Origin: an archaeon
GTDB lineage: Archaea > Nanobdellota > Nanobdellia > Woesearchaeales > UBA9642
Direction: 5' to 3'
Assembly: GCA_020057295.1 (NCBI GenBank)
Contig: JAGVGF010000004.1
Coordinates: 59,312 to 123,311 of the forward strand
Length of the DNA stretch: 64,000 nt
This document shows, piece after piece, positions 10,797-21,690 of this stretch. The notes under the pieces were generated by a model. The model saw only the letters and a program-made list of their open reading frames with translations, was not told the DNA's origin and did no database searches. The translations under genes were made by a program, and so were the position numbers. Numbering within the stretch: the stretch's first letter is position 1; each line of letters starts with the position of its first letter.

Positions 10797-10982
10797 CTAA
10801 TCTCCACCATCATCAGCTTCAAAGTCGTCAAAATCTAACTCATCATCGTCTATATCTGAAACTAAGTCTTCTCTTCCAAGATCGAAATCTTCTCCCTTCT
10901 TTTTATCCTCGATGACTATTATATCTTCTACATCGTATTGTTCTTTTCCCTTCTTTTCCGGCTTCTTTTCAGGTTTGACCAT
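10797..10982 (-). CDS. Small, highly acidic hypothetical protein
   Basis: ORF with a D/E-rich C-terminal half. Confidence 0.3.
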   Translation of the reverse strand: MVKPEKKPEKKGKEQYDVEDIIVIEDKKKGEDFDLGREDLVSDIDDDELDFDDFEADDGGD

Positions 10983-11094
10983 AATATATACCTCAAAACA
11001 GTTTCTTGTAGTGTCTAATCAAGTATATAAATCTTTTGTCGTTACAATAAGGAAATATTTAAAAACCCAACACTTTTCTTTCCCTTATTCCAAT

Positions 11095-11169
11095 GGGGTT
11101 GTGGGGTAACTTGGTTTAGCCTTCGAGGTTTGGGACCTTGCGATCCCGGTTCAAATCCGGGCAGCCCCA
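11095..11169 (+). tRNA. tRNA-Pro (anticodon UGG)
   Basis: Acceptor GGGGTTG/CAGCCCC, anticodon arm CGAGG-TTTGGGA-CCTTG, T arm CCCGG-TTCAAAT-CCGGG, discriminator A. Confidence 0.85.
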
Positions 11170-11314
11170 TTTTCTTATTCTTTTAATAGTTATATTTGTT
11201 CCTGTCGCCTTTATTTCAGTTTTGTTCGTATTATTCTCTGACAAAACCATAAAGTATATAAATAAAAACTTTAATAGTTTGATTGTTAGTGAGGTAACGG
11301 TTTTGGTGAGTAAA

Positions 11315-12766
11315 ATGAATGCTAAATATTTTTCTATAACGACCTTTTTTATAATTATCCTATTAGCTGTTTCTGTTAATGCAGTAACACCTGATGTAAA
11401 GTATAAGGTTATAACTGATAGTGTTAATGTTAACGACACATCAAATCCAGCATTATATTCGCTTACGATAACCAATAGCGGTGCACTGACTGAACGTTAT
11501 CAATTATATACTATAAGTGCCTTTTGGAATATTAATCCTACAATTGTTATTGTTCCTGCTGGTGAACCAAAAACGTTCACTTTGGAAATAGCCTTAAATG
11601 ATAAACAAATATATGGTCCGCAGTTAGTTCCTATAACCATTAAATCATTATCTAGCGATGATACTGTTGTTGAAAATTTTTATGTATATGTTAAACCTTT
11701 AAATTATACTGTACTTTCATATGTTCCTAATGTTGCTATGGAAGTTAATACTAAATACGAAGTTGATCCTAGGGAACCAATTTCTATTGAAGTATACATG
11801 AGAAATAGGAATCCTTTGAATATAAAAGATTTAAGAATTATAGTTGAATCACCTTTGCTTAATAAAGAATATTTAACTACACTAGGTCCGCTTGACGAGA
11901 AGACTAATCAAATACTATTTACAGACATTAGTAAGATTCAGGAGCCAGGAAAATATCCTATAATTGTCAGGATAGTTACGCAAAATAAAACGATAGCACA
12001 AGTACAGAAAGAAGTGCAAGTCATAGGATATTCTGAGGTTACTGTCGAACAAACAAAAATTAGAGGATTATTCTCTTATACTGAAAAAATTAAGGTTCAT
12101 AACAACGGTAATTATGAAGCTACAAAACTTGTGAAAGTTCAAAAAAACTTTTTTGAAAAAATATTTACATCAACTAGTGCAAAATATGTTCCTATAAGTG
12201 AAGACGGAATTGGTTATCTTAGTTGGAATATTCCGTTGAAACCTCAAGAATCTTACGAATTAACAATATCAACAAATTATAATATCATAGCAATAATTGT
12301 TATTATAATAATTGCATTAATAATATTATATTATATATTTAGAAGTCCAGTATTATTATTTAAGAGAGCTAGAATATTATCATCAAATGATGATGGAATA
12401 TCTGAAATTCGCGTTAAATTACACCTAAAAAATCGTTCAGGACAAGTTATTAGAAATATTAAAGTTATAGATAAATATCCAAAAATAGTATCATTAGTTG
12501 AAGATAATTCTTTAGGAGCATTAAAACCTACTAAAATGCTTAGTGCTGATAAAGTACATTCATTACTAATGTGGAATCTAGAATCTTTAGAACCATATGA
12601 AGAAAGATTATTAAGTTATACCGTACGTTCAAGATTGAACATTGTAGGTAACTTGTCATTACATGCTGCAAAAGTAAGATTCCAATCTCCAGCAGGAGAA
12701 AGAACACACACAAGCAATGATGTTACACTAAAACACAAGTCAGAGAATGTGATATCTTACGATTAA
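11315..12766 (+). CDS. Secreted or membrane-anchored surface protein, hypothetical; start re-set downstream of tRNA-Pro
   Basis: Signal peptide MNAKYFSITTFFIIILLAVSVNAVTP and one TM helix (IIAIIVIIIIALIILYYIF). The listed ORF start at 11138 overlaps tRNA-Pro. Confidence 0.5.
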   Translation: MNAKYFSITTFFIIILLAVSVNAVTPDVKYKVITDSVNVNDTSNPALYSLTITNSGALTERYQLYTISAFWNINPTIVIVPAGEPKTFTLEIALNDKQIYGPQLVPITIKSLSSDDTVVENFYVYVKPLNYTVLSYVPNVAMEVNTKYEVDPREPISIEVYMRNRNPLNIKDLRIIVESPLLNKEYLTTLGPLDEKTNQILFTDISKIQEPGKYPIIVRIVTQNKTIAQVQKEVQVIGYSEVTVEQTKIRGLFSYTEKIKVHNNGNYEATKLVKVQKNFFEKIFTSTSAKYVPISEDGIGYLSWNIPLKPQESYELTISTNYNIIAIIVIIIIALIILYYIFRSPVLLFKRARILSSNDDGISEIRVKLHLKNRSGQVIRNIKVIDKYPKIVSLVEDNSLGALKPTKMLSADKVHSLLMWNLESLEPYEERLLSYTVRSRLNIVGNLSLHAAKVRFQSPAGERTHTSNDVTLKHKSENVISYD

Positions 12767-12768
12767 TT

Positions 12769-13479
12769 TTATTTTTTCATGTAGAATTTTTTTTCTTTTT
12801 CTGTGAATTTCTCAATTGCATATCGAAGCATTGTTCGAGGCATGTGTTTATGATATTTTTTTAAGAATTTCTCCTCAACATCCTGATTTCTTTTTCCTAC
12901 TTCACGAAGCATCCATCCGACAGCTTTGTGAATTAAATCATGTTTATCATTAATTAAGACATCAGAAATATTTAATGTTGCATCGAAATCATTTTCTCTG
13001 ATAAAATAGGCTGTTGAAATTATTGCGATACGTTTCTCCCAAAGATCTTTTGAATGCGCGAGTTTGAAGAGTGTTTTTGTTTCAGTTTTCAAGTGATTGT
13101 ATATGTATGCGCCAACGATTTTATGTGCGGATAAATCGACGAGATCCCAGTTATTAATATATTTAGTATTTTTTAGATACATTTCGTATAATGCTCTTTT
13201 TTCTGAATCAGTTTTTGATCTTTCGTATTTATCAACTAAAATTAATAATGCAACAAGTCTGCATTCATGATATTTATTTTTTAATAATTTTTGAACATCA
13301 CCAAGAGAAATATAAAAATATTTTTTTGCAATTATTCTCATCTCAGGAACTGATGCGCCATAAAACAGATCTCCATGACCATACTGTCCTTTCCCTGTCT
13401 TAAAGAATCTTAGTGAATGTTTTGCGCGCTGTGGACTTCCATACTTTTCAAGTTCCTTAATTATTTGTTTGACTGTCAT
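12769..13479 (-). CDS. DNA alkylation repair enzyme (AlkD/AlkC-like HEAT-repeat glycosylase)
   Basis: Overall resemblance to the DNA_alkylation family (WDLVD, ISTAYFIREN, KAVGWMLREVGKR). Confidence 0.75.
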   Translation of the reverse strand: MTVKQIIKELEKYGSPQRAKHSLRFFKTGKGQYGHGDLFYGASVPEMRIIAKKYFYISLGDVQKLLKNKYHECRLVALLILVDKYERSKTDSEKRALYEMYLKNTKYINNWDLVDLSAHKIVGAYIYNHLKTETKTLFKLAHSKDLWEKRIAIISTAYFIRENDFDATLNISDVLINDKHDLIHKAVGWMLREVGKRNQDVEEKFLKKYHKHMPRTMLRYAIEKFTEKEKKFYMKK

Positions 13480-13483
13480 TCTG

Positions 13484-14584
13484 TTAATTAGCGACCATTC
13501 TTTTATAATATTTATTTTTGGATAAAAGTATATTTGCTAATATTATTGCAGTAATTCCGGCCACCAACTTTCCAATAATCATTGGCAATATAAATTCTTT
13601 ATTTACTGCAGCAGTAAATCCGAGATGATCTCCTAGAATAAATGATGCGCTTACAGCGAATGCAACATTCAGAACTTTTTCTCTGTTTGTCATATCTTTT
13701 AGCATAGTAAACATAGGAATATTATTCGCAAGAGTCGATATCATTCCAAGGATTCCTCTCTCTTTCATTCCAATTTTTTTTCCTATATTATTTAAAGTTT
13801 TTTTCAGAAGTTTGCTTACTATGTAAAGAAGCGGGAATGCTCCTGCCAAAACTATGGCTATTCCAGCGATAATTTTGAATCCATCCCAAATAGGAATCAT
13901 TCCTTCAATTATTGTTATGTTTGTTAATGTCTGGAATATGCTTACTACAAGACTTAATGTTATTACAATTAGTATCAACCAACCAAACCATGTAAAAAAT
14001 TTGAGAGTCTTTTCCGGAATCTTCCATAAAAAGAATGCTATGATAAGCGATATGATTATTATCGGAACGAGATTTGCAAGTATCATCATCACATCAAATC
14101 CTGCAATAATTCCTCCGATAAACGCACCAAGTGGTATTGTTATTATTCCTGCTAGTATTCCAAGAGCAAGAAATTTATGGTCTTCTTTTTTAATTATTCC
14201 AAGCGCTACCGGAATTGTGAATACGAGAACTGCTCCAAGCATTGACGCAACAATTAATCCAGCAAATAGTCCTGCGTTTGCGCTTTGTGCTAACTGCATT
14301 GCAAGAGGATAACCTCCCATATCATTTGCGAGTATAGTTCCAGCAAACATTGAAGGATCCGCTCCTAAAAACGTATATACGGGAACTATGATTGGCTGTA
14401 ATATTTTTGCAAGAACTGGAGAAATTGCAATCATTCCAACCATTGCTAGAGCAAGAGGTCCTAGAGCATTTATTCCTTCCTCGAATTTTTTACCCAAACC
14501 AAACCTATTTTTTAGACATCTATCAATAGCTCCAAGAACAGCAAAAATTGCCATAATAAATATTATTATATAATTTACGTCCAT
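13484..14584 (-). CDS. eutH: EutH-family (ethanolamine utilisation) membrane permease
   Basis: N-terminus VLGAIDRCLKNRFGLGKKFEEG and a polytopic membrane profile as in EutH. Confidence 0.75.
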   Translation of the reverse strand: MDVNYIIIFIMAIFAVLGAIDRCLKNRFGLGKKFEEGINALGPLALAMVGMIAISPVLAKILQPIIVPVYTFLGADPSMFAGTILANDMGGYPLAMQLAQSANAGLFAGLIVASMLGAVLVFTIPVALGIIKKEDHKFLALGILAGIITIPLGAFIGGIIAGFDVMMILANLVPIIIISLIIAFFLWKIPEKTLKFFTWFGWLILIVITLSLVVSIFQTLTNITIIEGMIPIWDGFKIIAGIAIVLAGAFPLLYIVSKLLKKTLNNIGKKIGMKERGILGMISTLANNIPMFTMLKDMTNREKVLNVAFAVSASFILGDHLGFTAAVNKEFILPMIIGKLVAGITAIILANILLSKNKYYKRMVAN

Positions 14585-14655
14585 CGTATTTGAGACAATA
14601 TAAGATATAAATATTTATTGGTTGTTATACTTTTAAGTCTTTAGAAAATTAAATA

Positions 14656-14777
14656 TCCCTTCGCCCAGACTCGAACCGGGAACCTCACGGTTACGGCTGA
14701 ACATTTTTCATCCATTGTCAAACGACATAGTCGAATGTTTTCTACAGCCGTGCGCTCTACCATTGAGCTACGAAGGG
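14656..14777 (-). tRNA. tRNA-Tyr (GUA) with a 50-nt intron at the canonical 37/38 position (14692-14741)
   Basis: C1-G72 acceptor (CCCTTCG/CGAAGGG, the archaeal Tyr identity), D arm GCTC-AATGGTA-GAGC, anticodon stem CACGG/CCGTG with loop CUGUAG|A, and an exon-intron helix ACGGCTG/CAGCCGT. Confidence 0.8.
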
Positions 14778-14931
14778 AATATTCTTTGGAAATAGAAATG
14801 GTTTATAAAGATTGTTGATTGATATATGCTCATCAACCAATACCTTTTTAAACACCCTAAAATTCCCATTATTATATTAATGCTTAAGCTACATCAACGT
14901 TGCATTCAATCTACGCATTGATATTGAGACT

Positions 14932-14944
14932 GACTTGACAAGTC
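14932..14944. repeat. Perfect 13-bp palindrome GACTTGACAAGTC in the tRNA-flanking intergenic region
   Basis: Read directly from the sequence. Confidence 0.5.
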
Positions 14945-15071
14945 ACGAGGAATATCAAAAATGCTTTGTACTATATCTGAATAATCATACACTACAACTA
15001 CAGATAGAGCTATGCAATTTTTCCTCGAAATCGTTCAAAATCATTAATTAACAAAAAAAATCACAGTAACT

Positions 15072-15144
15072 GCCCTGGTAGTGTAGCGGCCTATCATGCA
15101 ACCCTGTCACGGTTGCGACCCGGGTTCAAATCCCGGCTAGGGCG
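15072..15144 (+). tRNA. tRNA-Asp (GUC)
   Basis: GCCCTGGTAGTGTAGCGGCCTATCATGC...CTGTCAC...GGGTTCAAATCCCGG has the archaeal tRNA-Asp consensus form, anticodon loop CUGUCAC. Confidence 0.85.
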
Positions 15145-15213
15145 TATTATATTTAAAAATATGTAACATAGTCGATATCCAGCTGAGTTTAGGTATCGAT
15201 AATCAAATTTAAT

Positions 15214-15288
15214 GGGTCCGTAGCTCAGCCTGGTTAGAGCAATGCACTTTTAATGCATTGGCCGCGAGTTCAAATCTCGTCGGACCCG
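15214..15288 (+). tRNA. tRNA-Lys (UUU)
   Basis: GGGTCCG TA GCTC-AGCCTGGTTA-GAGC, anticodon arm ATGCA-CTTTTAA-TGCAT, T arm GCGAG-TTCAAAT-CTCGT. Confidence 0.85.
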
Positions 15289-15327
15289 TAATATTTAATA
15301 TAAAAAATTATGTAGTGGGGATGTAAA

Positions 15328-15597
15328 ATGGTCAAGAAAAGAAAATCAAAGCCGACAGAAAAACTCGATGTAAGTAATCACATTCTAGTGCCAAAACATG
15401 AGAAGTGTTCTGAAACGGAAAAGAAAGCGTTACTAAAAAAGTTTAATGTCGAAATCAAAGACTTACCAAAAATTTCTATTAATGATGCAGCAATAGTTGA
15501 TATGAATCTACAACCAGGAGATGTTGTAAAGATAACAAGAGCTAGCCCAACAGCAGGCGAGAGTATATTTTATAGAGTAGTAATAGAGATTAAATAA
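15328..15597 (+). CDS. rpoH: DNA-directed RNA polymerase subunit H (Rpb5 homolog)
   Basis: NHILVPKHEK...GDVVKITRASPTAGESIFYRVV, and its position first in the RNAP operon. Confidence 0.9.
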   Translation: MVKKRKSKPTEKLDVSNHILVPKHEKCSETEKKALLKKFNVEIKDLPKISINDAAIVDMNLQPGDVVKITRASPTAGESIFYRVVIEIK

Positions 15598-15643
15598 ATT
15601 ATAATTAATACAATGAAAAATATTATTATTATCGGAGGCCAAA

Positions 15644-17128
15644 ATGAGTGATTATTCAAAGTTGTTAATAAAAAAATATTTTGATGATAACTCCTTTATT
15701 GCAGCAGATATAAAATCATACAACAATTTTGTTGATGTAGAGTTGCAAAAAATTATAGAGGAGAATAAGATTATCGAGCCAACAATTATTCCAAGTAATG
15801 TTGAAGAATACAAAATAATGTTAGATAAGATTTCTATAACCAAACCAGAAATAACAGAAGCTGATGGTTCTAAAAGAGTAATTTATCCTATGGAAGCAAG
15901 ATTAAGAAAATTATCATACAGTGCTCCGGTATTCATAGAGATATCAAGTCATATCAATGGCGCGCAACGTGAATCATTCAGAACACAAATTGGTTCTATA
16001 CCAGTAATGTTAAAATCAAAATATTGTCACTTAAATGGTTTATCAAGAGAAGAACTAATAGATAAAGGAGAGGATCCTGAAGATCCAGGTGGTTACTTCA
16101 TAATTAATGGTACAGAAAAAGCATTAGTCAAAATCGAAGATTTGGCAGCGAATAAATTCTTAGTATCAGTATCTAGCAGTACAACAACACCATTCGAAGG
16201 TAAAGTATTCTCCGAAAGAGGATCATATAAGATTCCACATAGCATAGAAAAATTAAAAGACGGAATAGTATACATATCATTTACAAGAGTAAAGAGAATA
16301 CCGTTAGTAGTAATAATCAAAGCATTAGGTGTAGTAAAGGATGAAGATATAATGAAATATATCGAGTTAGAAGATAGTTCTGAAGTATTCATCAACCTAT
16401 ATGAGTTTGTAGATATAAAGACTGAAGATGATGCAGTAGATTATATTGCAAAAAGAATTGGTATAATGCAGACTAAAGAAATAAGAATGGAAAGAACAAG
16501 AGAAATCTTAGACAAATATTTACTACCACACATTGGCTTAGAAAAAAGCGGCAGATCTTCAAAAGCACAGAACTTGTGTAAGATGTTAAAGAAATACATC
16601 TTAGTATATAATGGGGTATTACCAGCAGATGATAGAGATCATTATATGAACAAGAGATTAAAAATGTCTGGTGATTTACTTGCTGACTTGATTAGAGCAA
16701 ATCTTAAAATATTAATTGGAGACATGTTATACAATTTCCAAAGAATTGTAAAACGTGGAAAATTCCCAAATCTAAAAGTAATAATTAGAGACAAATTATT
16801 AACTCAAAGAGTATACAGTAGTATGGCTACTGGTTCATGGGTTGGTGGAAGAAAAGGAATAAGTCAGAGAATGGAAAGACTAAATTTCTTACAGGTACAA
16901 TCTACATTACAAAGAGTTATCAGTCCACTTAGTGCGTCACAGGAAAACTTCGAGGCAAGAACATTACATCCTACACATTTAGGAAGACTATGTCCTGCAG
17001 AAACTCCAGAAGGTACAAATATTGGATTGAGAAAAAATTTAGCATTACTTGCAAATATAACTCAAGAAATTGATGAAGAAGAAGTATTAAAGACATTAAA
17101 AGGCTTAGGATTGGAGATGGCCAAATAA
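15644..17128 (+). CDS. rpoB2: DNA-directed RNA polymerase subunit B'' (N-terminal half of split RpoB)
   Basis: Rpb2 N-terminal domains; split-B architecture. Confidence 0.95.
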   Translation: MSDYSKLLIKKYFDDNSFIAADIKSYNNFVDVELQKIIEENKIIEPTIIPSNVEEYKIMLDKISITKPEITEADGSKRVIYPMEARLRKLSYSAPVFIEISSHINGAQRESFRTQIGSIPVMLKSKYCHLNGLSREELIDKGEDPEDPGGYFIINGTEKALVKIEDLAANKFLVSVSSSTTTPFEGKVFSERGSYKIPHSIEKLKDGIVYISFTRVKRIPLVVIIKALGVVKDEDIMKYIELEDSSEVFINLYEFVDIKTEDDAVDYIAKRIGIMQTKEIRMERTREILDKYLLPHIGLEKSGRSSKAQNLCKMLKKYILVYNGVLPADDRDHYMNKRLKMSGDLLADLIRANLKILIGDMLYNFQRIVKRGKFPNLKVIIRDKLLTQRVYSSMATGSWVGGRKGISQRMERLNFLQVQSTLQRVISPLSASQENFEARTLHPTHLGRLCPAETPEGTNIGLRKNLALLANITQEIDEEEVLKTLKGLGLEMAK

Positions 17129-17158
17129 TTATAATTATTGAGGATCAAGGTGTAAAAA

Positions 17159-18964
17159 ATGGTTGAAGTCTTTATTGATAACAAATATGTTGGTAACGTT
17201 AAGGATGGAAAGAAATTTTCCGAAGATATCATAGCTTTCAGACGTATTGGTAAACTACCCATGGAAGTAAATGTACGATATGATCAAAAAATGGATCAAA
17301 TATTCGTAGAAACCGCACGTGGTAGAGCAATCAGACCATTAATTGTTGTTAAAGATGGCAAGTCTGTATTAACAGATAAACATCTTGAACAATTGAGAAA
17401 TAATTCATTATCATGGGCTGACTTATTAAAACAGGGACTACTTGAATACTTAGATCCAACAGAAGAGGAAAATGCACTTGTAGCATTTTATGAAAGTGAT
17501 TTAACATCAGAACATACACACCTAGAAATTTCACCTATTGCAATACTTGGATTATGTACAAGTTTAATTCCATTCGGTCAATTCAACCAAGGAGTAAGAC
17601 TTTCACAAGGTTCAAAAAATCAGAAACAAGCAGTAGGATTCTATGCAGCAAATTATTTCTGCAGAATAGATATGGATGTAAATATATTACATTATCCACA
17701 AAATCCTGTAGTTAAAACTTTAATGCATGATGTTTCAGATTATGAAAAACATCCATCAGGACAGAATGTTGTAATAGCAGTAATGCCATACGATGGATAT
17801 AATATGGAAGATGCAGTAGTAATTAACAGAGGCTCTGTTGACAGAGGATTAGGCAGAAGTACATATTATAGACCAGTAGTATCTGAAGAATTAAGATACC
17901 CTGGTGGTTTAATGGATGAAATAGTAATTCCAAATAAAGATGTTAAAGGTTACAGAACAGAAAAAGATTATAGATTCTTAGAAGAAGACGGTATTGTAAG
18001 TGCTGAAAGCAAAGTTGCTGAAGGAGACGTAATCATAGGAAAGACAAGTCCTCCAAGATTCTTAAATTCAATGGATGAATACAATTTAGCAGGAAATGTC
18101 AGAAGAGAAAGTTCAATGACATTAGAACACGGAGAAAAAGGAGTTGTTGATTTAGTAATGTTATCAGAAAATGAGGAAGGTAACAGATTAATCCAAGTGA
18201 GATTAAGAGAACAAAGAATTCCAGAAATTGGAGATAAATTTATTTCAAGACACGGTCAGAAAGGTGTTATTGGATTAGTAGTTCCAGAACAAGACATTCC
18301 ATTCAGTGAAACTGGAATGAGACCGGATATATTATTCAATCCACACGGTCTACCAAAAAGAATGACAGTTGCACATTTAATGGAAATGTTAGGTGGTAGA
18401 GTTGGTGCAATGGAAGGAAGATTTGTTGACGGAACAACATTCGATTCAGAAAATGCAGACGACTTAAGAAAGACATTAGAAAAATTAGGATTCAAAGAAG
18501 ACGGTACAGAAGTAATGTATTCAAGCATTACAGGAAGACCATACACTGCAAGAATATTCATTGGTAACATGTATTATCAGAGATTGAAACACATGGTAGC
18601 AAATAAAATGCATTCAAGAGCAAGAGGACCAATCCAATTGTTAACAAGACAACCAACTGAAGGTAGAGCAAAAGAAGGTGGCTTAAGACTTGGAGAGATG
18701 GAGAAGGATACATTCGTAGCACACGGTGCATCAATGCTCTTAAAAGAAAGATTTGATTCAGATAAAACAATAGTTCCAATATGTGAAAAATGTGGAATGA
18801 TTGGAGTATATGATTCAAGAAAGAATAAGAGTTATTGTCCAGTATGTGGAGATACGGCAGAATTAAGCAATGTAGAAATCGCATATGCATTCAAGTTATT
18901 CATGGACGAAATTAAATCATTCGGTATATATCCGAAAATGATATTGAAGAGCGAGTACGAATAA
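17159..18964 (+). CDS. rpoB1: DNA-directed RNA polymerase subunit B' (C-terminal half of split RpoB)
   Basis: Rpb2 C-terminal domains with a Zn motif CEKCG...CPVCG. Confidence 0.95.
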   Translation: MVEVFIDNKYVGNVKDGKKFSEDIIAFRRIGKLPMEVNVRYDQKMDQIFVETARGRAIRPLIVVKDGKSVLTDKHLEQLRNNSLSWADLLKQGLLEYLDPTEEENALVAFYESDLTSEHTHLEISPIAILGLCTSLIPFGQFNQGVRLSQGSKNQKQAVGFYAANYFCRIDMDVNILHYPQNPVVKTLMHDVSDYEKHPSGQNVVIAVMPYDGYNMEDAVVINRGSVDRGLGRSTYYRPVVSEELRYPGGLMDEIVIPNKDVKGYRTEKDYRFLEEDGIVSAESKVAEGDVIIGKTSPPRFLNSMDEYNLAGNVRRESSMTLEHGEKGVVDLVMLSENEEGNRLIQVRLREQRIPEIGDKFISRHGQKGVIGLVVPEQDIPFSETGMRPDILFNPHGLPKRMTVAHLMEMLGGRVGAMEGRFVDGTTFDSENADDLRKTLEKLGFKEDGTEVMYSSITGRPYTARIFIGNMYYQRLKHMVANKMHSRARGPIQLLTRQPTEGRAKEGGLRLGEMEKDTFVAHGASMLLKERFDSDKTIVPICEKCGMIGVYDSRKNKSYCPVCGDTAELSNVEIAYAFKLFMDEIKSFGIYPKMILKSEYE

Positions 18965-19044
18965 AATAATTCGTAAGATACGACAACAAAATAAAATTAT
19001 AAAAATAAAATACTAAAAAATAATAATGGTTACGAGGGTTTAAA

Positions 19045-21645
19045 ATGGATGAATACGTTCACAAGAAGGTTGATAGAATCGAATTCGGATTTATGAGTTC
19101 GAAAGCCATCAAAGATATGGCATCTGCAAAAATTGTTACACCAGAATTATACGATAAGGAAGGATATCCTGTAGATGGTGGATTAATGGACATAAGACTT
19201 GGTGTAATTGATCCAGGATTAAAATGTAAAACTTGTGGTGGAAAATTAAAGGAATGCCCAGGACATTTTGGTTATATGGAACTTGCAAGACCAGTAATAC
19301 ATATTAAATTTATAACATTACTTTATGATTTAGTTAGATGCACTTGTAGAGATTGTGGAAGAATATTAATTCCTAAAACAAAGATTGACAAATGCATGGA
19401 AGATTTAGTACGCGTTGAGTTAGAAGGCGGATTAACAGCTCGTAGAGACAGAATTAAAGAAATTATTACAGAATTAAAATCTACAAATCAATGCCCTTAC
19501 TGTAAAGCTAAACAATTCAAGATTACTTTAGAAAAACCAACAACATTCTTAGAGGAAGAAAAGAAAATTTCACCAATTGAAGTAAGAATGCGTTTAGAAA
19601 AAATGACTGATGATGACTTAAAAGTCTTCGGTATAAATCCTGTAGCATTAAGACCAGAATGGACTGTGTTAACAGTAATGCCGATACCGTCAGTAACAAT
19701 GAGACCATCAATCACATTAGAATCTGGTGAGAGATCAGAAGATGATTTGACACACAAGCTTGGTGATATTGTTAGAATCAATCAGAGACTATTCGAAAAT
19801 ATTAATGCTGGTGCGCCAGAAATAATTATTGAAGATTTATGGGATTTATTACAATACCATATCACAACATTTTTCGATAACGAAGTTAGTCAATTACCTC
19901 CAGCAAGACATAGAAGTGGTCAACCATTAAAGACATTGACTGCAAGAATAAAGAGTAAAGAAGGTAGAATTAGACATAACTTAGCAGGAAAAAGAACTAA
20001 CTTTTCAGCAAGAACAGTTATCAGTCCAGATCCAAAATTAAATATTAATGAAGTTGGTATTCCAAAAGTTGTAGCAATGAAGTTAACAGTTCCACAACGC
20101 GTAACGACTTGGAACATGGAATACTTAAAACAATTTGTATCAAGAGGACCAGAAACTTATCCAGGATCAAACTATGTTATTAGACCAGATGGTAAGAGAA
20201 AGAGAATAACAAATGAGACTAAGGAGCAATTAGTTGAAGAGATACAACCAGGATTTATTGTTGAAAGACACTTAATGGATGGAGATATTGCAATATTCAA
20301 TAGACAACCATCATTACACAGAATGAGCATGATGTGTCATAAAATAAAAGTTCTACCAGGATTAACATTTAGAATTAATCCAGCAGTATGTGAGCCATAC
20401 AATGCAGACTTCGATGGAGACGAGATGAACTTGCATATTCCACAAACAGAAGAAGCAAGAGCAGAAGCAGAAATATTAATGCATGTACCAACACAAATAA
20501 TCTCTCCAAGATATGGTCTATCAATCATCGGATGTAACAAAGATGCACAAACCGGTATGTATGTATTATCCAAGAAAGATTTTAAATTAACAAGAGAAGA
20601 AGCAGTAGATTTACTAGCTGCAATAAACATTACAGACTTCTCAAGACTTCCAGATAAAGAAATTGTTAGTGGTAGAGATGTAATAAGTGCATTACTACCA
20701 AAAGACTTTAACTTTACAGGATACTCTAAAGTCTACAAGGAAAATAAGGAAGACCCAGATGCAATAGTAAAAATAGAAAAGGGTCACTTGAAGAGTGGAG
20801 TATTAGATAATGCAAATCTTGGTGAAGGTCAAGGATTATTATTAAGACACATCTATAAACAGTATGGTCCAGATTTCGCATCTGATTTCTTAGGTAAAAT
20901 ATTCAGACTAGGAAATGCTGTATTAACATATACCGGATTCACAACAGGAATAGGAGATATTGATATAAGTGCAGATGCTAAGAAACAAATTATGGACATA
21001 ACTGACAATACATATGTAGAAGTAGATCAGTTAATCAAAGACTATAATGAAGGAACATTAGAAACATTACCAGGCCGAAGTATGAAAGAAACTTTAGAAT
21101 TAAAGATTCTGGAAAAATTAAATAAGGCAAGAAACAGATCTGGTAAAATTGTCGCAGATACTGCAAGAAAAGATTCTGAATTAATGACTATGATAAAATC
21201 TGGCGGTGCAGGTAACCTATTAAATTTAGCACAGATGAGTGCGTGTGTAGGACAGCAGTCAATGAGAGGAGGAAGAATCAGTAAGGGATACGAAGATAGA
21301 ACATTATCTGTATTCAAGAAAAATGATTTGAGCCCAGCAGCACGAGGATTTATCAAAGAAGGATTCAAAGATGGCCTTAGACCACACGAATTATTCTTCA
21401 TGAGTATGACTGGAAGAGACAGTCTGATGGATACTGCATTAAGAACACCAAAATCTGGATATTTATACAGAAGATTAGCGAACGCGATGCAGGACTTGAA
21501 AGTCAATAACGACTTTACTGTAAGAGATGCAAGTAACAAGATTGTACAATTCGTTTACGGTGAAGATGGTGTTGATGTTACTAAATCAGAAAGTGGTAGA
21601 ATCAATGTTAAAAGAATAATAGAAAAAGTAGTTACAGAGGAATAA
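19045..21645 (+). CDS. rpoA1: DNA-directed RNA polymerase subunit A'
   Basis: Zn-binding CKTCGGKLKECPGHFG and the NADFDGDEMN catalytic motif. Confidence 0.95.
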   Translation: MDEYVHKKVDRIEFGFMSSKAIKDMASAKIVTPELYDKEGYPVDGGLMDIRLGVIDPGLKCKTCGGKLKECPGHFGYMELARPVIHIKFITLLYDLVRCTCRDCGRILIPKTKIDKCMEDLVRVELEGGLTARRDRIKEIITELKSTNQCPYCKAKQFKITLEKPTTFLEEEKKISPIEVRMRLEKMTDDDLKVFGINPVALRPEWTVLTVMPIPSVTMRPSITLESGERSEDDLTHKLGDIVRINQRLFENINAGAPEIIIEDLWDLLQYHITTFFDNEVSQLPPARHRSGQPLKTLTARIKSKEGRIRHNLAGKRTNFSARTVISPDPKLNINEVGIPKVVAMKLTVPQRVTTWNMEYLKQFVSRGPETYPGSNYVIRPDGKRKRITNETKEQLVEEIQPGFIVERHLMDGDIAIFNRQPSLHRMSMMCHKIKVLPGLTFRINPAVCEPYNADFDGDEMNLHIPQTEEARAEAEILMHVPTQIISPRYGLSIIGCNKDAQTGMYVLSKKDFKLTREEAVDLLAAINITDFSRLPDKEIVSGRDVISALLPKDFNFTGYSKVYKENKEDPDAIVKIEKGHLKSGVLDNANLGEGQGLLLRHIYKQYGPDFASDFLGKIFRLGNAVLTYTGFTTGIGDIDISADAKKQIMDITDNTYVEVDQLIKDYNEGTLETLPGRSMKETLELKILEKLNKARNRSGKIVADTARKDSELMTMIKSGGAGNLLNLAQMSACVGQQSMRGGRISKGYEDRTLSVFKKNDLSPAARGFIKEGFKDGLRPHELFFMSMTGRDSLMDTALRTPKSGYLYRRLANAMQDLKVNNDFTVRDASNKIVQFVYGEDGVDVTKSESGRINVKRIIEKVVTEE

Positions 21646-21690
21646 ACGATTAGTAACAATATTATAAAAAATTATGAATAATAATTAAAG

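Noticed and set aside
11138-11314. 5' extension of the surface-protein ORF, and ORF 11116-11475 on the minus strand
   Set aside because: They overlap tRNA-Pro. An ATG at 11315 followed by a signal peptide gives a sensible start.
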